50,560 bases of DNA from Thermodesulfobacteriota bacterium (GCA_041572575.1 JBFFSH010000007.1:1-50560), one strand, 5' to 3'; shown: positions 1 through 10,013, numbered from the stretch's first letter. Notes: generated by a model not told the origin, from the sequence alone. A program made the numbers and translations.

Positions 1-677
1 CGGTTGATCGCCTTTGGTCCTGCTATATTAATAAGTCCTCTATATTCAGTATCAGCTAACTCCAAAATTGCCATTGCCAGATCGTCTCCAAATATTGGCG
101 ATCTGAATTCATCTGTAAATAAATTTAGTTCATTATTATTTTTTATTGAATCAACTATCCATGACACCTGATGACCCATCGGCTCTGGAGTGATTATCAA
201 AGATGTTCTTACAACTGCTATATTATAGTTCAGCACTAATAGCTCCCTCTCCATTTCGGCTTTATACTGGCCATAAGGCATTACCGGATTCGGCTTGTCT
301 GATTCTGTGTAATTACCTTTCTTACCATCAAATACAAGATCTGTAGAAATAAAAATAGCCCTGCTTCCTATGCTATTACATGTATTGGCAACATTGAGAG
401 AGCCATTAATAATAGCAAATTTTTTATCTTCATCATCTTCTATATTATTAATAGACCGATCACTTATGGCACAATTAATTACTATATGCGGTTTGATATT
501 TGTTATTAATTCTTCGATTTCATTCTTGTTAGTAATATCAAGCTTGAATGATTCGATATTACTCAGATTCAGCTTGTTAGAATAGTAAGTGGCAAATGTT
601 TTCCAGCTACCCGCATTTTTTATTATCTGATAGCCTAGCTCTCCACTCCCACCTATTACCAATAACTTTTTACTCAT
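1..677 (-). CDS. dTDP-4-dehydrorhamnose reductase (RmlD)-like SDR oxidoreductase, 3' end runs off the window
   Basis: Not in the ORF track. Manual translation from ATG at 677 gives MSKKLLVIGGSGELG (Rossmann), FISTDLVFDG, PYGQYKAEME (YxxxK) and FTDEFRSPI, all RmlD-family motifs. Confidence 0.8.
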   Translation of the reverse strand, partial: MSKKLLVIGGSGELGYQIIKNAGSWKTFATYYSNKLNLSNIESFKLDITNKNEIEELITNIKPHIVINCAISDRSINNIEDDEDKKFAIINGSLNVANTCNSIGSRAIFISTDLVFDGKKGNYTESDKPNPVMPYGQYKAEMERELLVLNYNIAVVRTSLIITPEPMGHQVSWIVDSIKNNNELNLFTDEFRSPIFGDDLAMAILELADTEYRGLINIAGPKAIN

Positions 678-747
678 TTGATTTTTATAAAATTCAATTT
701 GTAATGTAATATCTAATTTTAATTTCAGTTGTTAATTATACTTTGTA

Positions 748-1251
748 ATGCTTGATGCCCAAAAGATCATTGAAATGTTTGATTTAAAACCCCTGCCCCA
801 GGAAGGAGGATTTTATAAAGAGTCATACAGGTCTGATGATAAAATATTAAAGCAGGCATTGCCTGAGAGATATTCAGGTGATAAAAATTTTGGGACGGCT
901 ATTTATTACTTTCTCACACCTGAGACTAAATCTCTTATGCATAGATTAACTTCCGATGAGATATTTCACTTTTATCTAGGAGACTCTGTAGAAATGCTGC
1001 AACTTTTTCCAGACTCTTCAGGGAAAATAATCACTTTAGGAAGCAATATAACACAAGGACATCTTGTACAGGTCCTGGTTCCTAATGCAATCTGGCAGGG
1101 AATGAGATTAAGACCCGGAGGTAGTCATGCTTTAATGGGTACTACCATGGCGCCAGGATTCAATTTTGATGATTTTGAACTTGGCAGTAGAAGAAACTTA
1201 GTTGAACAATATCCTGATTTTAAAGATCAGATCATAAAATTAACTAACTAA
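748..1251 (+). CDS. Cupin superfamily protein (DUF985/Cupin_5)
   Basis: PxxEGGFYKE, TAIYYFL, HRLTSDEIFHFYLG and MAPGFNFDDF motifs. Confidence 0.85.
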   Translation: MLDAQKIIEMFDLKPLPQEGGFYKESYRSDDKILKQALPERYSGDKNFGTAIYYFLTPETKSLMHRLTSDEIFHFYLGDSVEMLQLFPDSSGKIITLGSNITQGHLVQVLVPNAIWQGMRLRPGGSHALMGTTMAPGFNFDDFELGSRRNLVEQYPDFKDQIIKLTN

Positions 1252-1254
1252 AAT

Positions 1255-2424
1255 ATGGAAGACTTTCCTTCATTTCAGGGCTTAATATCAGGAGACATAT
1301 TCACAGTCTCACAGATAAACGAAAGAATCAAATTATCTATAGAGGACGAGTTTGGTTTGGATTTTGTCTGGATTGTAGGAGAAATCTCAAACTTTAGAGG
1401 AAACTACTCAAGCGGCCACTGGTATTTTACTTTAAAAGACGAAAATACCCAGATATCTGCAGTCTGCTTTAAATGGGCAAACCAATATATAAAGTTCAAT
1501 CCCGAAAACGGCATGGAAGTAATCTGCTGCGGTCAGATTAATGTATATGAAAAACAAGGCTCATATCAGATAAATATCAGATACATAGAACCAAAAGGAA
1601 TAGGCGCTCAAGCTCTGGCATTAGAACAACTTAAGGAAAAATTATTTGCCGAAGGACTGTTCGATGAGAGCAGGAAAAGAGAGCTTCCTTTTCTGCCGGA
1701 AACAATCGGTATCGTAACCTCACCAACAGGAGCTGCCATAAAAGATATATTAAAGGTCCTTGATAGACGCTTTGCTGATCTTCATATTATTATTTCCCCC
1801 GCAGGGGTTCAGGGCAAAGAAGCTGCGGCGGACATTGTAAGTGCCTTGAATATTTTATATAAAGAAAAATATCTGGATGAAATCATAGTCGCACGGGGCG
1901 GGGGATCGAAAGAGGACTTGATGGTCTTCAATGAAGAATCTGTTGTAAGAGCTATAGCGAAGTCGCCTGTGCCTGTCATATCGGCAGTCGGACATGAGAT
2001 CGATATCACACTTACAGACCTGGTAGCAGATGTTAGGGCTGCTACACCTTCTATGGCAGCAGAAATAGCAGTTAGAGAAAAGGCTGATCTTGTGTATACA
2101 TTGGATGAAATTAAAAGCAGGCTCCTTTCATCTCTTGTCGGTTTTCAGCAAACATGGAATAAAGAAATTTCGGACTTGTATGACGATCTAACTAGAGCGC
2201 TTCGTTACAAGTTAGAGAGTACAGCAATGGAGCTTGGCTCTATTTCAGGACAGTTGGATGCTCTTAGCCCCTTAAAAGTTTTAGACAGAGGATATAGCAT
2301 TACTCAAAAGATTCCCGGAAACAAAGTAATCAAAGACTCAAAAAAACTACAAAAAAATGACGAAGTTTTGATTAGATTTCTTAAGGGAACTGCAAAGTGT
2401 AAGGTGGAAGAAACTAAAAGCTAA
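1255..2424 (+). CDS. xseA: Exodeoxyribonuclease VII large subunit
   Basis: GEISNF..SGHWYFTLKD OB fold, IVTSPTGAAIKD, RGGGSKEDL, SAVGHEID, ATPSMAAE and LSPLKVLDRGYS. Confidence 0.97.
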   Translation: MEDFPSFQGLISGDIFTVSQINERIKLSIEDEFGLDFVWIVGEISNFRGNYSSGHWYFTLKDENTQISAVCFKWANQYIKFNPENGMEVICCGQINVYEKQGSYQINIRYIEPKGIGAQALALEQLKEKLFAEGLFDESRKRELPFLPETIGIVTSPTGAAIKDILKVLDRRFADLHIIISPAGVQGKEAAADIVSALNILYKEKYLDEIIVARGGGSKEDLMVFNEESVVRAIAKSPVPVISAVGHEIDITLTDLVADVRAATPSMAAEIAVREKADLVYTLDEIKSRLLSSLVGFQQTWNKEISDLYDDLTRALRYKLESTAMELGSISGQLDALSPLKVLDRGYSITQKIPGNKVIKDSKKLQKNDEVLIRFLKGTAKCKVEETKS

Positions 2425-3413
2425 TTTGGCTTTGCATTTTGCTGTACTGCTATAACGTTAATGTTTTCACGTTTTAGCCTGTTTGATATATCAACCGCCG
2501 GCTCTTCATCCGTAATGAGATACCGCACCCTGCCGCCCAGCATGTGTTTTAAGCCTGTTCCGTTTAGGTTATTACAAATTTGTTCAATGCCGGATTTGGT
2601 TTCAAATAGTATAGTAGGTTTTGCTTCTAGTATATCCTCATAAAAACACTCTTTATCTTCGGCTATAACAAGCCTTATACCCAAACAAATTGCCAGCAAA
2701 TGAATAATTTTCTCATACAGCTCCGATGCGAGGAGATAAGAAAATGACTGATCCTCTGATGAAATAAATTTAAGCCTCTCACAAGCCCGAGATAGCATTT
2801 CGATTATAGTTTTATGATCAAACACAGTCTCAGTAATACTGTTGGTATTACCTGAATAAATTCTAAGTGCTATCTTATCGGGACTAATTGATTGTATTAC
2901 ATCTTTTAATTTATCAGATAATTCTTTCTTTTTGATCTGTCCAAATTTTATAGCAGCCATATATGGAACAACTTTGTCATCATCCCCAACCTTCGAATCA
3001 TCAAAAATAAATATTTTTTCTGATTTATTGTATATATCGGAATTACTTTTAAGCTCTGTTAAAAAGTTTTGATTTTCAACAAACACAAATTTTGGTTTTA
3101 ATTTACTTACGGATTTGCTATAAATAGAAGATGAATCGTAATTGCTAAAAGGAATAACCGTGCCGCCTAGGGAATAAATCGCAAGCTCACTAACAAAACA
3201 CTCATTATTGTTAGATGAAATTACAATGGCGTTATCGCCCGACTCAAACCCAAGGCTTAAAAGAAACGAAGCCATATTTTTGATTTCACTTTCAAAATCA
3301 AGCCAGGTGATCTGCTTCCAGCTCCAGCCGTCACGGCGCTGTACCAGAAGCCTGCTTTTGTATTTTTTGGTTAAATTCCCTAAAAGCTCAGGGATAGTCT
3401 CAGAATTTTCCAT
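2421..3413 (-). CDS. Truncated, degenerate AMP-binding (long-chain acyl-CoA synthetase-like) protein
   Basis: N-terminus resembles FadD15-type enzymes (WKQITW..F, LGFESGD, LGGRVRY). The P-loop is degenerate and the protein ends at 330 aa. Confidence 0.7.
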   Translation of the reverse strand: MENSETIPELLGNLTKKYKSRLLVQRRDGWSWKQITWLDFESEIKNMASFLLSLGFESGDNAIVISSNNNECFVSELAIYSLGGTVIPFSNYDSSSIYSKSVSKLKPKFVFVENQNFLTELKSNSDIYNKSEKIFIFDDSKVGDDDKVVPYMAAIKFGQIKKKELSDKLKDVIQSISPDKIALRIYSGNTNSITETVFDHKTIIEMLSRACERLKFISSEDQSFSYLLASELYEKIIHLLAICLGIRLVIAEDKECFYEDILEAKPTILFETKSGIEQICNNLNGTGLKHMLGGRVRYLITDEEPAVDISNRLKRENINVIAVQQNAKPN

Positions 3414-3490
3414 TTATTTATATTTCAATTACTTTATTGTTATCAGGTAAATTATAAAAGAGTTATAGTATTACCTAAAATATTTAAAAA

Positions 3491-4852
3491 ATGAAAAAAG
3501 TAATAAAATTAAAGCCAGATAATAGCAGCCTCTATATTGAAGCCAAAAAGATTGTAGAGCTTTTGCGCTCCAAAGGGAAAAAAGCGTTTATCGTCGGAGG
3601 CTCAGTACGAGACACCCTTTTGGGTTTTGAGCCAAAAGAGTACGACATTACCACAAGTGCAACTCCAGAGGAAGTTTGCAGTTATTTTAAAAATACTGTA
3701 GAAGTAGGAGCCAGTTTTGGAGTAATAATTGTTCTCGTTGATGGAGTAAAATTTGAGGTTGCTACTTTTAGAAAAGAGGAGAGCTACTCCGACGGCAGGC
3801 ACCCCGATGAAGTGCAGTACAGCACAGAAGAATCGGATGATGTGATAAGAAGAGACTTCACGATCAACGGACTACTCTATGACCCGGAGAAAGAACAGGT
3901 GATAGATTATGTAGACGGCCTTGCCGATCTTGAGAAGAAAGTCATAAGAACCATTGGCGATCCGGTTGATAGATTTAGAGAAGACAAACTGAGGATGATG
4001 CGTGCTGTGAGGTTTTCATGCAGGCTTGATTATGAAATTGACGAGCCTACTGACAAAGCGCTCAAGGAGCATGCAGAAGCAATTGTAGAGGTAAGTACAG
4101 AGAGAGTAAGGGATGAGCTTATAGCAATTATTACTCAGAACAACCCCGGAAAAGGCCTTATGGCATTGACCAACTATGGTTTACTAAGGCACATTATGCC
4201 AGAGATAGAAATAATGAAGGGAGTTGAGCAGCCACCGCAGTTCCACCCTGAAGGAGACGTTTTTGTTCATACTTGCCTGGTTCTGGATAAGATGTATGAA
4301 AATTCTGATGGAAATGTTAGCCCCGAGCTTGCACTCTCAGGCTTGCTTCATGACGTAGGAAAACCTCCCACTTTTACCGTTTCTGACAGGATAAGGTTCA
4401 ATGGTCATGACAGAGTGGGTGCTGCAATGTCTAAAAAAATATGCAGAAAACTAAAACTATCAAACAAGCAGATACAGAGAATTGAATCGCTCGTAAGAGA
4501 ACATCTAAAGTTTAAAGACGTATTTAACATGAGAGACAGCACATTTAAGCGCTTTGTAGCCATGGACTACTTTGATGATCATATGGCGCTTCATAAGGCA
4601 GACTGTGAGGCAAGCCATGGGATGATGGGAGCATATGAATTTATTATAAATAAGCGCTCAGAATTTACTGAAGATCAGATAAAACCCGAGCCTCTAATCA
4701 ATGGGGATGATCTCATTAGACTTGGATTTAAACCAGGGCCAATATTTTCTAAAATTTTAAACAGTGTAGAAGAAATGCAGCTTGAGGGAAATATAACAAA
4801 TAAGGATCAGGCTATAGATTATGTGAGAGATAATTATGCAGAAGCTAGGTAA
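3491..4852 (+). CDS. cca: CCA tRNA nucleotidyltransferase / poly(A) polymerase family with HD domain
   Basis: VGGSVRD, EYDITT, EVATFR, RRDFTING, EDKLRMMRAVRF, HPEGDVFVHT and LLHDVGKP. Confidence 0.9.
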   Translation: MKKVIKLKPDNSSLYIEAKKIVELLRSKGKKAFIVGGSVRDTLLGFEPKEYDITTSATPEEVCSYFKNTVEVGASFGVIIVLVDGVKFEVATFRKEESYSDGRHPDEVQYSTEESDDVIRRDFTINGLLYDPEKEQVIDYVDGLADLEKKVIRTIGDPVDRFREDKLRMMRAVRFSCRLDYEIDEPTDKALKEHAEAIVEVSTERVRDELIAIITQNNPGKGLMALTNYGLLRHIMPEIEIMKGVEQPPQFHPEGDVFVHTCLVLDKMYENSDGNVSPELALSGLLHDVGKPPTFTVSDRIRFNGHDRVGAAMSKKICRKLKLSNKQIQRIESLVREHLKFKDVFNMRDSTFKRFVAMDYFDDHMALHKADCEASHGMMGAYEFIINKRSEFTEDQIKPEPLINGDDLIRLGFKPGPIFSKILNSVEEMQLEGNITNKDQAIDYVRDNYAEAR

Positions 4853-5278
4853 CTATTTATCTGGTGACTGATAAAACTCATGAGAGAAATCGGGCTTTAC
4901 ATACCATGTATTTCCCCTCTCAACCCACTTTTCATAAAGCACATCTCTTTTTTCAGATACTGAAGGGTATGTATAGTAGGTTATGGCAACTTTAACTTCA
5001 CACTCTTTTTTATCTTCAGAGTATACATAGCCTTTTATCTCATAATTTGTAAAGTTGAGATCCTCTTCAAGCCTCAGAACAAAGTCTTCGTATAAAGCTT
5101 TATCTTCAGGGTCTATAAATACCTTGGCTCTATCATAGTACTTCCATTTTAAGACCTGATAATATCTCTCAGTGGCTTCTTGCAGATGTTGTGCACTCTG
5201 GGCGAATTTACCCCTCGAATAGCAGGAAGAACAAATAACTACAAGTACCATAAAAGAGATTACAGTTTTAAATCTCAT
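4853..5278 (-). CDS. Hypothetical lipoprotein
   Basis: Signal peptide with lipobox-like CSSC followed by a small soluble domain. Confidence 0.7.
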   Translation of the reverse strand: MRFKTVISFMVLVVICSSCYSRGKFAQSAQHLQEATERYYQVLKWKYYDRAKVFIDPEDKALYEDFVLRLEEDLNFTNYEIKGYVYSEDKKECEVKVAITYYTYPSVSEKRDVLYEKWVERGNTWYVKPDFSHEFYQSPDK

Positions 5279-5325
5279 ATTTTAATATAACACTACTATT
5301 CAGGTATGGGAAACCGGTAAATAGA

Positions 5326-5361
5326 AATTAAGGGGAGTGCCAAATGCACTACCCCTAAATT
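5326..5361 (-). terminator. Probable intrinsic terminator after atpE
   Basis: Stem AGGGG-AGTGC / GCACT-A-CCCCT (5331-5356), followed by a T-rich tract on the minus strand. Confidence 0.65.
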
Positions 5362-5369
5362 TTATGTGT

Positions 5370-5693
5370 TTAAATTTTTGATTGTAATAAAAATGTGATA
5401 GCCAAAGCATAGATCACAAGTGACTCGATAAGAGCAAGACCGATAATCATAGGTGTCTGAATCTTTGAAGCTGCACCCGGGTTTCTTGCAATACCGGTAA
5501 GAGCTGCTGCTGTTGCTCTACCCTGTCCAAGTCCTGCAACACCTGCTGCTATTCCAATACCAAGACCGGCACCGATAGCAAGACCAAGTTTACCAAGGTC
5601 TCCGCCACCACCTTCTGCTGCGTGCGCGTCTGGTGCTACCATAGCAAGTACTGCAAAAACCATAACACTCATAAAGGCAAATAACTTATTCAT
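5370..5693 (-). CDS. atpE: F0F1 ATP synthase subunit c
   Basis: Gly-rich helix 1, ARNP loop, essential Glu in IESLVIY, strong AGGAGG RBS, N-terminal signal-like extension. Confidence 0.97.
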   Translation of the reverse strand: MNKLFAFMSVMVFAVLAMVAPDAHAAEGGGGDLGKLGLAIGAGLGIGIAAGVAGLGQGRATAAALTGIARNPGAASKIQTPMIIGLALIESLVIYALAITFLLQSKI

Positions 5694-5725
5694 GCTTACC
5701 TCCTCCTATTAATGTAATTTTATTT

Positions 5726-6415
5726 TTAGTGTTCATGTGCAATAGAAAGTGAAATATATATTGATGATAAAATAGTGAAAATAAATGCCTGTAAAAATGA
5801 TACAAACAGTCCAAGACCTACAAAAAGCACGGGGATAATAATATGGGTGAGGTCAGTAAAAATTCCAAGTACAAGGTGGTCACCTGTCATATTCCAAAAA
5901 AGCCTCAGTGAAAGTGAAAGTGGTCTTACAAGGTGACTTATTATTTCAATTATTAACATAAGCGGTGCCAGATATATCATTGGGCCCAGGAAATGTTTTA
6001 AATAGCTCCAGCCGTTCTCTTTAATTCCGTAATAGTTGTACATAACAAAGATTACAAGCGCTAGAGCAAGTGTAGTATTAAAGTTTCCGGTTGGTGGAAG
6101 AAACCCCGGAATCAGGCCGAGAATATTAGCAAATAAAATAACAAAAAATGAGGTGGCTAAAATTGGAAAGTATGTCCTGGCGGCTTTTTTCGATCCGAAT
6201 ATTCCTGCAATCAGATTAAGTAGAAAGTCTATAGACAAAATTTCAAATATATTTGTTAAGGAAAATTTCTCACCAGGCAGTACCGTATCGGAGTTAACTA
6301 TCTTTGACCTTACCTTTAGAGCTGCCAGCAAAAGTAACACTAATACTATTACCATTCCAAATAAATGATCATATTTAATTAAATCCAAATGAGTAAACCA
6401 GCTAAAATGTCCCAT
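5726..6415 (-). CDS. atpB: F0F1 ATP synthase subunit a
   Basis: RPLSLSLRLFWNMTGDH (essential Arg) and LQAFIFTILS. Confidence 0.97.
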   Translation of the reverse strand: MGHFSWFTHLDLIKYDHLFGMVIVLVLLLLAALKVRSKIVNSDTVLPGEKFSLTNIFEILSIDFLLNLIAGIFGSKKAARTYFPILATSFFVILFANILGLIPGFLPPTGNFNTTLALALVIFVMYNYYGIKENGWSYLKHFLGPMIYLAPLMLIIEIISHLVRPLSLSLRLFWNMTGDHLVLGIFTDLTHIIIPVLFVGLGLFVSFLQAFIFTILSSIYISLSIAHEH

Positions 6416-6417
6416 AT

Positions 6418-6792
6418 CTATTTATTACCTCGCAAACTTTCTCCTATTAGTACTATCACTACCCCAGTAACCCCAATAAAAAACCCATATATGTTTATCT
6501 TTGTAAATATAAAAAGCCCTACGGCAAGAGCTATCAGCATAAGCATTTTGAGCACAATAGCAAACACACTAAACGCTTTGGTTTGCTTCTGACCAATTAA
6601 CAGGTTTACAATGAATCTTATAGCAATAATGTTTGCAGTAAATAAAAACCCGCCGGCTGCAGCTCCCATTGCCATATCCTGATAACCTAGAAGCGCATTA
6701 GCACTCACAATTACAAGGGTTACAATTAGCGCAGCTTTTTCAATCCTGCTAAACTCAAATAATCCACTTTCACTCATTACTGTCGTTGTCAT
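6418..6792 (-). CDS. atpI: ATP synthase protein I
   Basis: Four hydrophobic helices directly upstream of atpB. True start may be the ATG at 6777, which overlaps the atpZ stop. Confidence 0.8.
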   Translation of the reverse strand: MTTTVMSESGLFEFSRIEKAALIVTLVIVSANALLGYQDMAMGAAAGGFLFTANIIAIRFIVNLLIGQKQTKAFSVFAIVLKMLMLIALAVGLFIFTKINIYGFFIGVTGVVIVLIGESLRGNK

Positions 6793-6994
6793 AATGTTTT
6801 AATAACTTTATTATAATAGTTGTACCTGCAAAAAGGCCGATTAAAAGACCGAGAAAAGTAAACCAGGGAGTATCTAATTTAAGCTTTCCGTCTATATAAT
6901 CACCTAATACCAAGCCTGCTATAACTGAAAACGCAAGCTCTACTCCAACTACTAAATACTTTGCCCAATTTAGGTTTTTATTTCTAACTTGCTA
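6770..6994 (-). CDS. atpZ: AtpZ / ATPase gene1-family protein; expected start position reads TAG
   Basis: Not in the ORF track. Open frame 6991-6770 reads QVRNKNLNWAKYLVVGVELAFSVIAGLVLGDYIDGKLKLDTPWFTFLGLLIGLFAG..., with the typical GxxxD..TPWF pattern. GGAGG SD at 7004-7000. Confidence 0.75.
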
Positions 6995-7008
6995 AAAACC
7001 CTCCAAAC

Positions 7009-8292
7009 TTATAAATCTTTAAGCGCTTTATGTATCGAATTTAGCGCAAAATTAAGCTCTTTTTCCGTATGAGCTGTAGAAATAAAAACAGACTCAAACT
7101 GCGAAGGCGGGAACATAATACCAGCACTCAAAAGATTTTTAAAGAACCTTGAGAAAATTTTTGTATCCGAGCAAAGAGCAGTCTCATAATCACAAACTTT
7201 CCCACTGTTAAAAAAGAGTGTAAACATAGAGCCTATCTGGTTAATATTGGCATTTATACCCAGTTTTTTTATTATTTCATTTATTTCTCCCACAAAATTA
7301 ACTGTGGTTTTTTCAAGTTTTTTGTATACAGATACATTCGCAAGTTCTTTTAATGTTGCAATACCGGCTGCCATTGCAAGTGGATTACCTGAAAGGGTAC
7401 CCGCCTGATATACGGGTCCGTCGGGTGCAATATGCTTCATTATAGCCTTTTTTCCTCCATAAGCCCCTACGGGAAGTCCTCCGCCTATTATTTTACCAAG
7501 ACACGTAAGGTCTGGATAAACCCCAAATATCTGCTGTGCTCCTCCTTTACTGAGCCTGAATCCTGTTATTACCTCATCGAATATAAGAAGGGATTTGTAT
7601 TTATTTGTAATAGAACGAAGCCCCTTTAAAAAACCCTTTTCTGGGGTTACTACACCCATATTACCTGCAACAGGCTCCAGTATTATTGCTGCGATTTGAT
7701 CCCCATATTTATTAAACAACTTTTTTACCGAATCAAGATCATTGTACTTTGCAAGAAGTGTTTTTGAAGTAAAACTCTTTGGTACTCCGGGGCTGCTTGG
7801 ATGGCCGAATGTGGTTGCTCCTGATCCTGCTTTTACAAGCAGATAATCAGCATGGCCGTGATAACAACCTTCAAATTTAACTATATAGTCCCTCCCAGTG
7901 TATCCCCTTGCAAGTCTTACAGCACTCATTGTAGCCTCGGTACCCGAGTTTGTCATACGAACCATATCGATGGACTTAAACGATCCAGTTACAATACTGG
8001 CAAGGTCTATCTCGGCCTTGCATGGCGCTCCGTAGCTTGTCCCGAGTGCCGAAGCAGTTTTTAGAGCTTTTATAACGTTTGGGTGTGAATGGCCCAGAAT
8101 TAAAGGCCCCCAGGATGCAACAAAATCTACATACCTGTTTCCATCTTCATCATGGAGATAAGGCCCTTTTGCCCTGGCTATGAATAGAGGGGCACCGCCT
8201 ACAGCGGAAAATGACCTCACAGGGCTGTTCACCCCTCCTGGCATTAGTTGTTTTGCTCTTTTAAAGTAGTTTTCTGATTTGGTTTTATGCAT
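7009..8292 (-). CDS. hemL: Glutamate-1-semialdehyde 2,1-aminomutase
   Basis: MPGGVNSPVR, SGTEATMSAVRLAR, FEGCYHGH, FDEVITGFR, LGKIIGGGLPVGA and YQAGTLSGNP. Confidence 0.98.
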   Translation of the reverse strand: MHKTKSENYFKRAKQLMPGGVNSPVRSFSAVGGAPLFIARAKGPYLHDEDGNRYVDFVASWGPLILGHSHPNVIKALKTASALGTSYGAPCKAEIDLASIVTGSFKSIDMVRMTNSGTEATMSAVRLARGYTGRDYIVKFEGCYHGHADYLLVKAGSGATTFGHPSSPGVPKSFTSKTLLAKYNDLDSVKKLFNKYGDQIAAIILEPVAGNMGVVTPEKGFLKGLRSITNKYKSLLIFDEVITGFRLSKGGAQQIFGVYPDLTCLGKIIGGGLPVGAYGGKKAIMKHIAPDGPVYQAGTLSGNPLAMAAGIATLKELANVSVYKKLEKTTVNFVGEINEIIKKLGINANINQIGSMFTLFFNSGKVCDYETALCSDTKIFSRFFKNLLSAGIMFPPSQFESVFISTAHTEKELNFALNSIHKALKDL

Positions 8293-8379
8293 AAGATTCT
8301 ATATTAATTGCTAATTTAAAAAAAAAGAATAATAAACAGAGTAAATCAGTCTAAGTCAAGTGAATTGGAAAAGAGCAAT

Positions 8380-8416
8380 AAAAAAGGGAAGAAAGCTTAA
8401 AAGCTCCCTTCCCTTT
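8380..8416 (-). terminator. Intrinsic terminator downstream of the pal-cpoB-pal cluster
   Basis: Minus strand reads AAAGGGAAGGGAGCT-TTTA-AGCTTTCTTCCCTTTTTT, a hairpin followed by a U tract. Confidence 0.75.
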
Positions 8417-8448
8417 CTATAACTTCAAATAAACTTAATTGTTAAATT

Positions 8449-9150
8449 TTATGAAGCTGGCTGCTCGTCTGCTTTTTTGAAATAAATAAGAGCGCCTGGT
8501 GAATTTCCTTCTACGAAGTGTGCTCTTCTGTTAAGCTGATAAGCATCTGATGAAGTACCTTCACCAAATATCTCTGTTTCACCAACTCCTACAGCCTGAA
8601 TTCTTGAGCTGTCAATACCAAGACCTTCAAGATATGCTTTAGCGCTATTTGCTCTTCTTTGAGCAAGGCCTATATTGTACTGTACTGAACCTCTAAGGTC
8701 AGCATAACCTTCAATTACAATATTAAGATCTGGATTGTTTTTCAATGTTTCAGCATTCTCTGCAAGTACTGCTTCAGCATCTGCTCTAATATTTGATCTA
8801 TCAAAATCAAAGAAAACATCTTTTAAACCATGATCTGTCATATCTGGAGGTGGTGTTGTAGCACAGATATTTTGAGCTTCTAAAGCTTTTGCTTTAGCAT
8901 CAATAAGAAGCCTTCTTGCTTCAAGCTCGCTACAAAAATCAGTAGCAAGGAATCTACCTTTTTTAAGTGCGCTTTCAGCTGCTGCACAAGCTTCAGGTGC
9001 GCATTCCGGACAGCCCGCTGCTGTTGCGTCTGCGTATGCGGCTTCAGCATCTGCAAGTTCCTGTGTTGGTGGTGGTGTAGGACACCCTGCCAACATCAAC
9101 CCAACCAGCAATGCCGGTATAATTGTTAATAATCTAACATCCCATCTCAT
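8449..9150 (-). CDS. OmpA/Pal-family lipoprotein with Cys-containing helical N-terminal domain
   Basis: Lipobox LAGC; C-terminal VFFDFDRSNI, IEGYADLRGS..YNIGLAQRRA and NRRAHF. Confidence 0.9.
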   Translation of the reverse strand: MRWDVRLLTIIPALLVGLMLAGCPTPPPTQELADAEAAYADATAAGCPECAPEACAAAESALKKGRFLATDFCSELEARRLLIDAKAKALEAQNICATTPPPDMTDHGLKDVFFDFDRSNIRADAEAVLAENAETLKNNPDLNIVIEGYADLRGSVQYNIGLAQRRANSAKAYLEGLGIDSSRIQAVGVGETEIFGEGTSSDAYQLNRRAHFVEGNSPGALIYFKKADEQPAS

Positions 9151-9278
9151 ATTACATTCCTCCTTTAACTATAATTATTTTTTTGCTGTACTGTAATATA
9201 TATAATTATTAACAGATTTTTCTATTGTAATACATTTGTAATAATTACACAAGCATTTTTTGCAATAATCAGAAATAT

Positions 9279-10013
9279 TTACTGTAGCGTTCTTAATTTC
9301 TCTTTTGCGCTTCTAGCTTCTTCAGACTGAGGAAATTTATCAATAAGGGTCTGAAAAAATATAATCGCTTCCTCTTTTCTGTCTATACTCACAAGAGATT
9401 CACCCTGTTTATAATACGCTAAAGGAACCTTAATATCCTTATCATAGTCTTCTATAAACTTTTGAAAGTCCAGAATTGCTTCTTCATACAAACCCTGCCT
9501 GAAATATGACTCGGCAATCCAAAACGCCGCATCGGAGGACTGGGGAGACTGAGGATATTTCTGTAAAAACTCTGAAAACTGCCCCCTGGCGTCTTCATAC
9601 TTATTTTCACTAAGAAACTTATAACCTCTGTTAAATATAACGGCTTCCTGATCAACCTCGGTTGTTGCAAAATCCCTTGTAGTGCCATTTTCTATTAGTT
9701 TTTCAGAGTCTGAAGGAATCACAGGATCGGCGCTCGAATATCTATTGGTTCTCTGAACTGCCGAAGTGAGTCTTTCCTGAGATCGTTCTAAAACAGCGAT
9801 TCTTTGCTCAAGCTCGGCTATCTTTTGTTCAGAGGCTGAAAATGATTCAGAACCCGGCTGATACTGCATTTCTTCAACCCTCTGCTCAAGCTTCTTTGTC
9901 TTGGCTTCAAGTCTTGACTGCCTTGCATAAATATTGCCCATATCATCGTGTGTAGCCACACAACCTGCTCCTAGCGCTACAGGGAAAAGTATAAGTAATA
10001 GACTCTTTTTCAT
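9279..10013 (-). CDS. cpoB: Tol-Pal system protein YbgF/CpoB (coiled coil plus TPR), lipoprotein
   Basis: Lipobox GAGC, N-terminal coiled coil, TPR repeats (FLQKYPQS..AAFWIAESYF, LIDKFPQSEEA), adjacent to pal. Confidence 0.88.
   Translation of the reverse strand: MKKSLLLILFPVALGAGCVATHDDMGNIYARQSRLEAKTKKLEQRVEEMQYQPGSESFSASEQKIAELEQRIAVLERSQERLTSAVQRTNRYSSADPVIPSDSEKLIENGTTRDFATTEVDQEAVIFNRGYKFLSENKYEDARGQFSEFLQKYPQSPQSSDAAFWIAESYFRQGLYEEAILDFQKFIEDYDKDIKVPLAYYKQGESLVSIDRKEEAIIFFQTLIDKFPQSEEARSAKEKLRTLQ

Noticed and set aside
6992..6994. Amber recoding or alternative genetic code
   Set aside because: TAG ends several genes normally here (e.g. trpE, polA); a single-site start loss or error is simpler.
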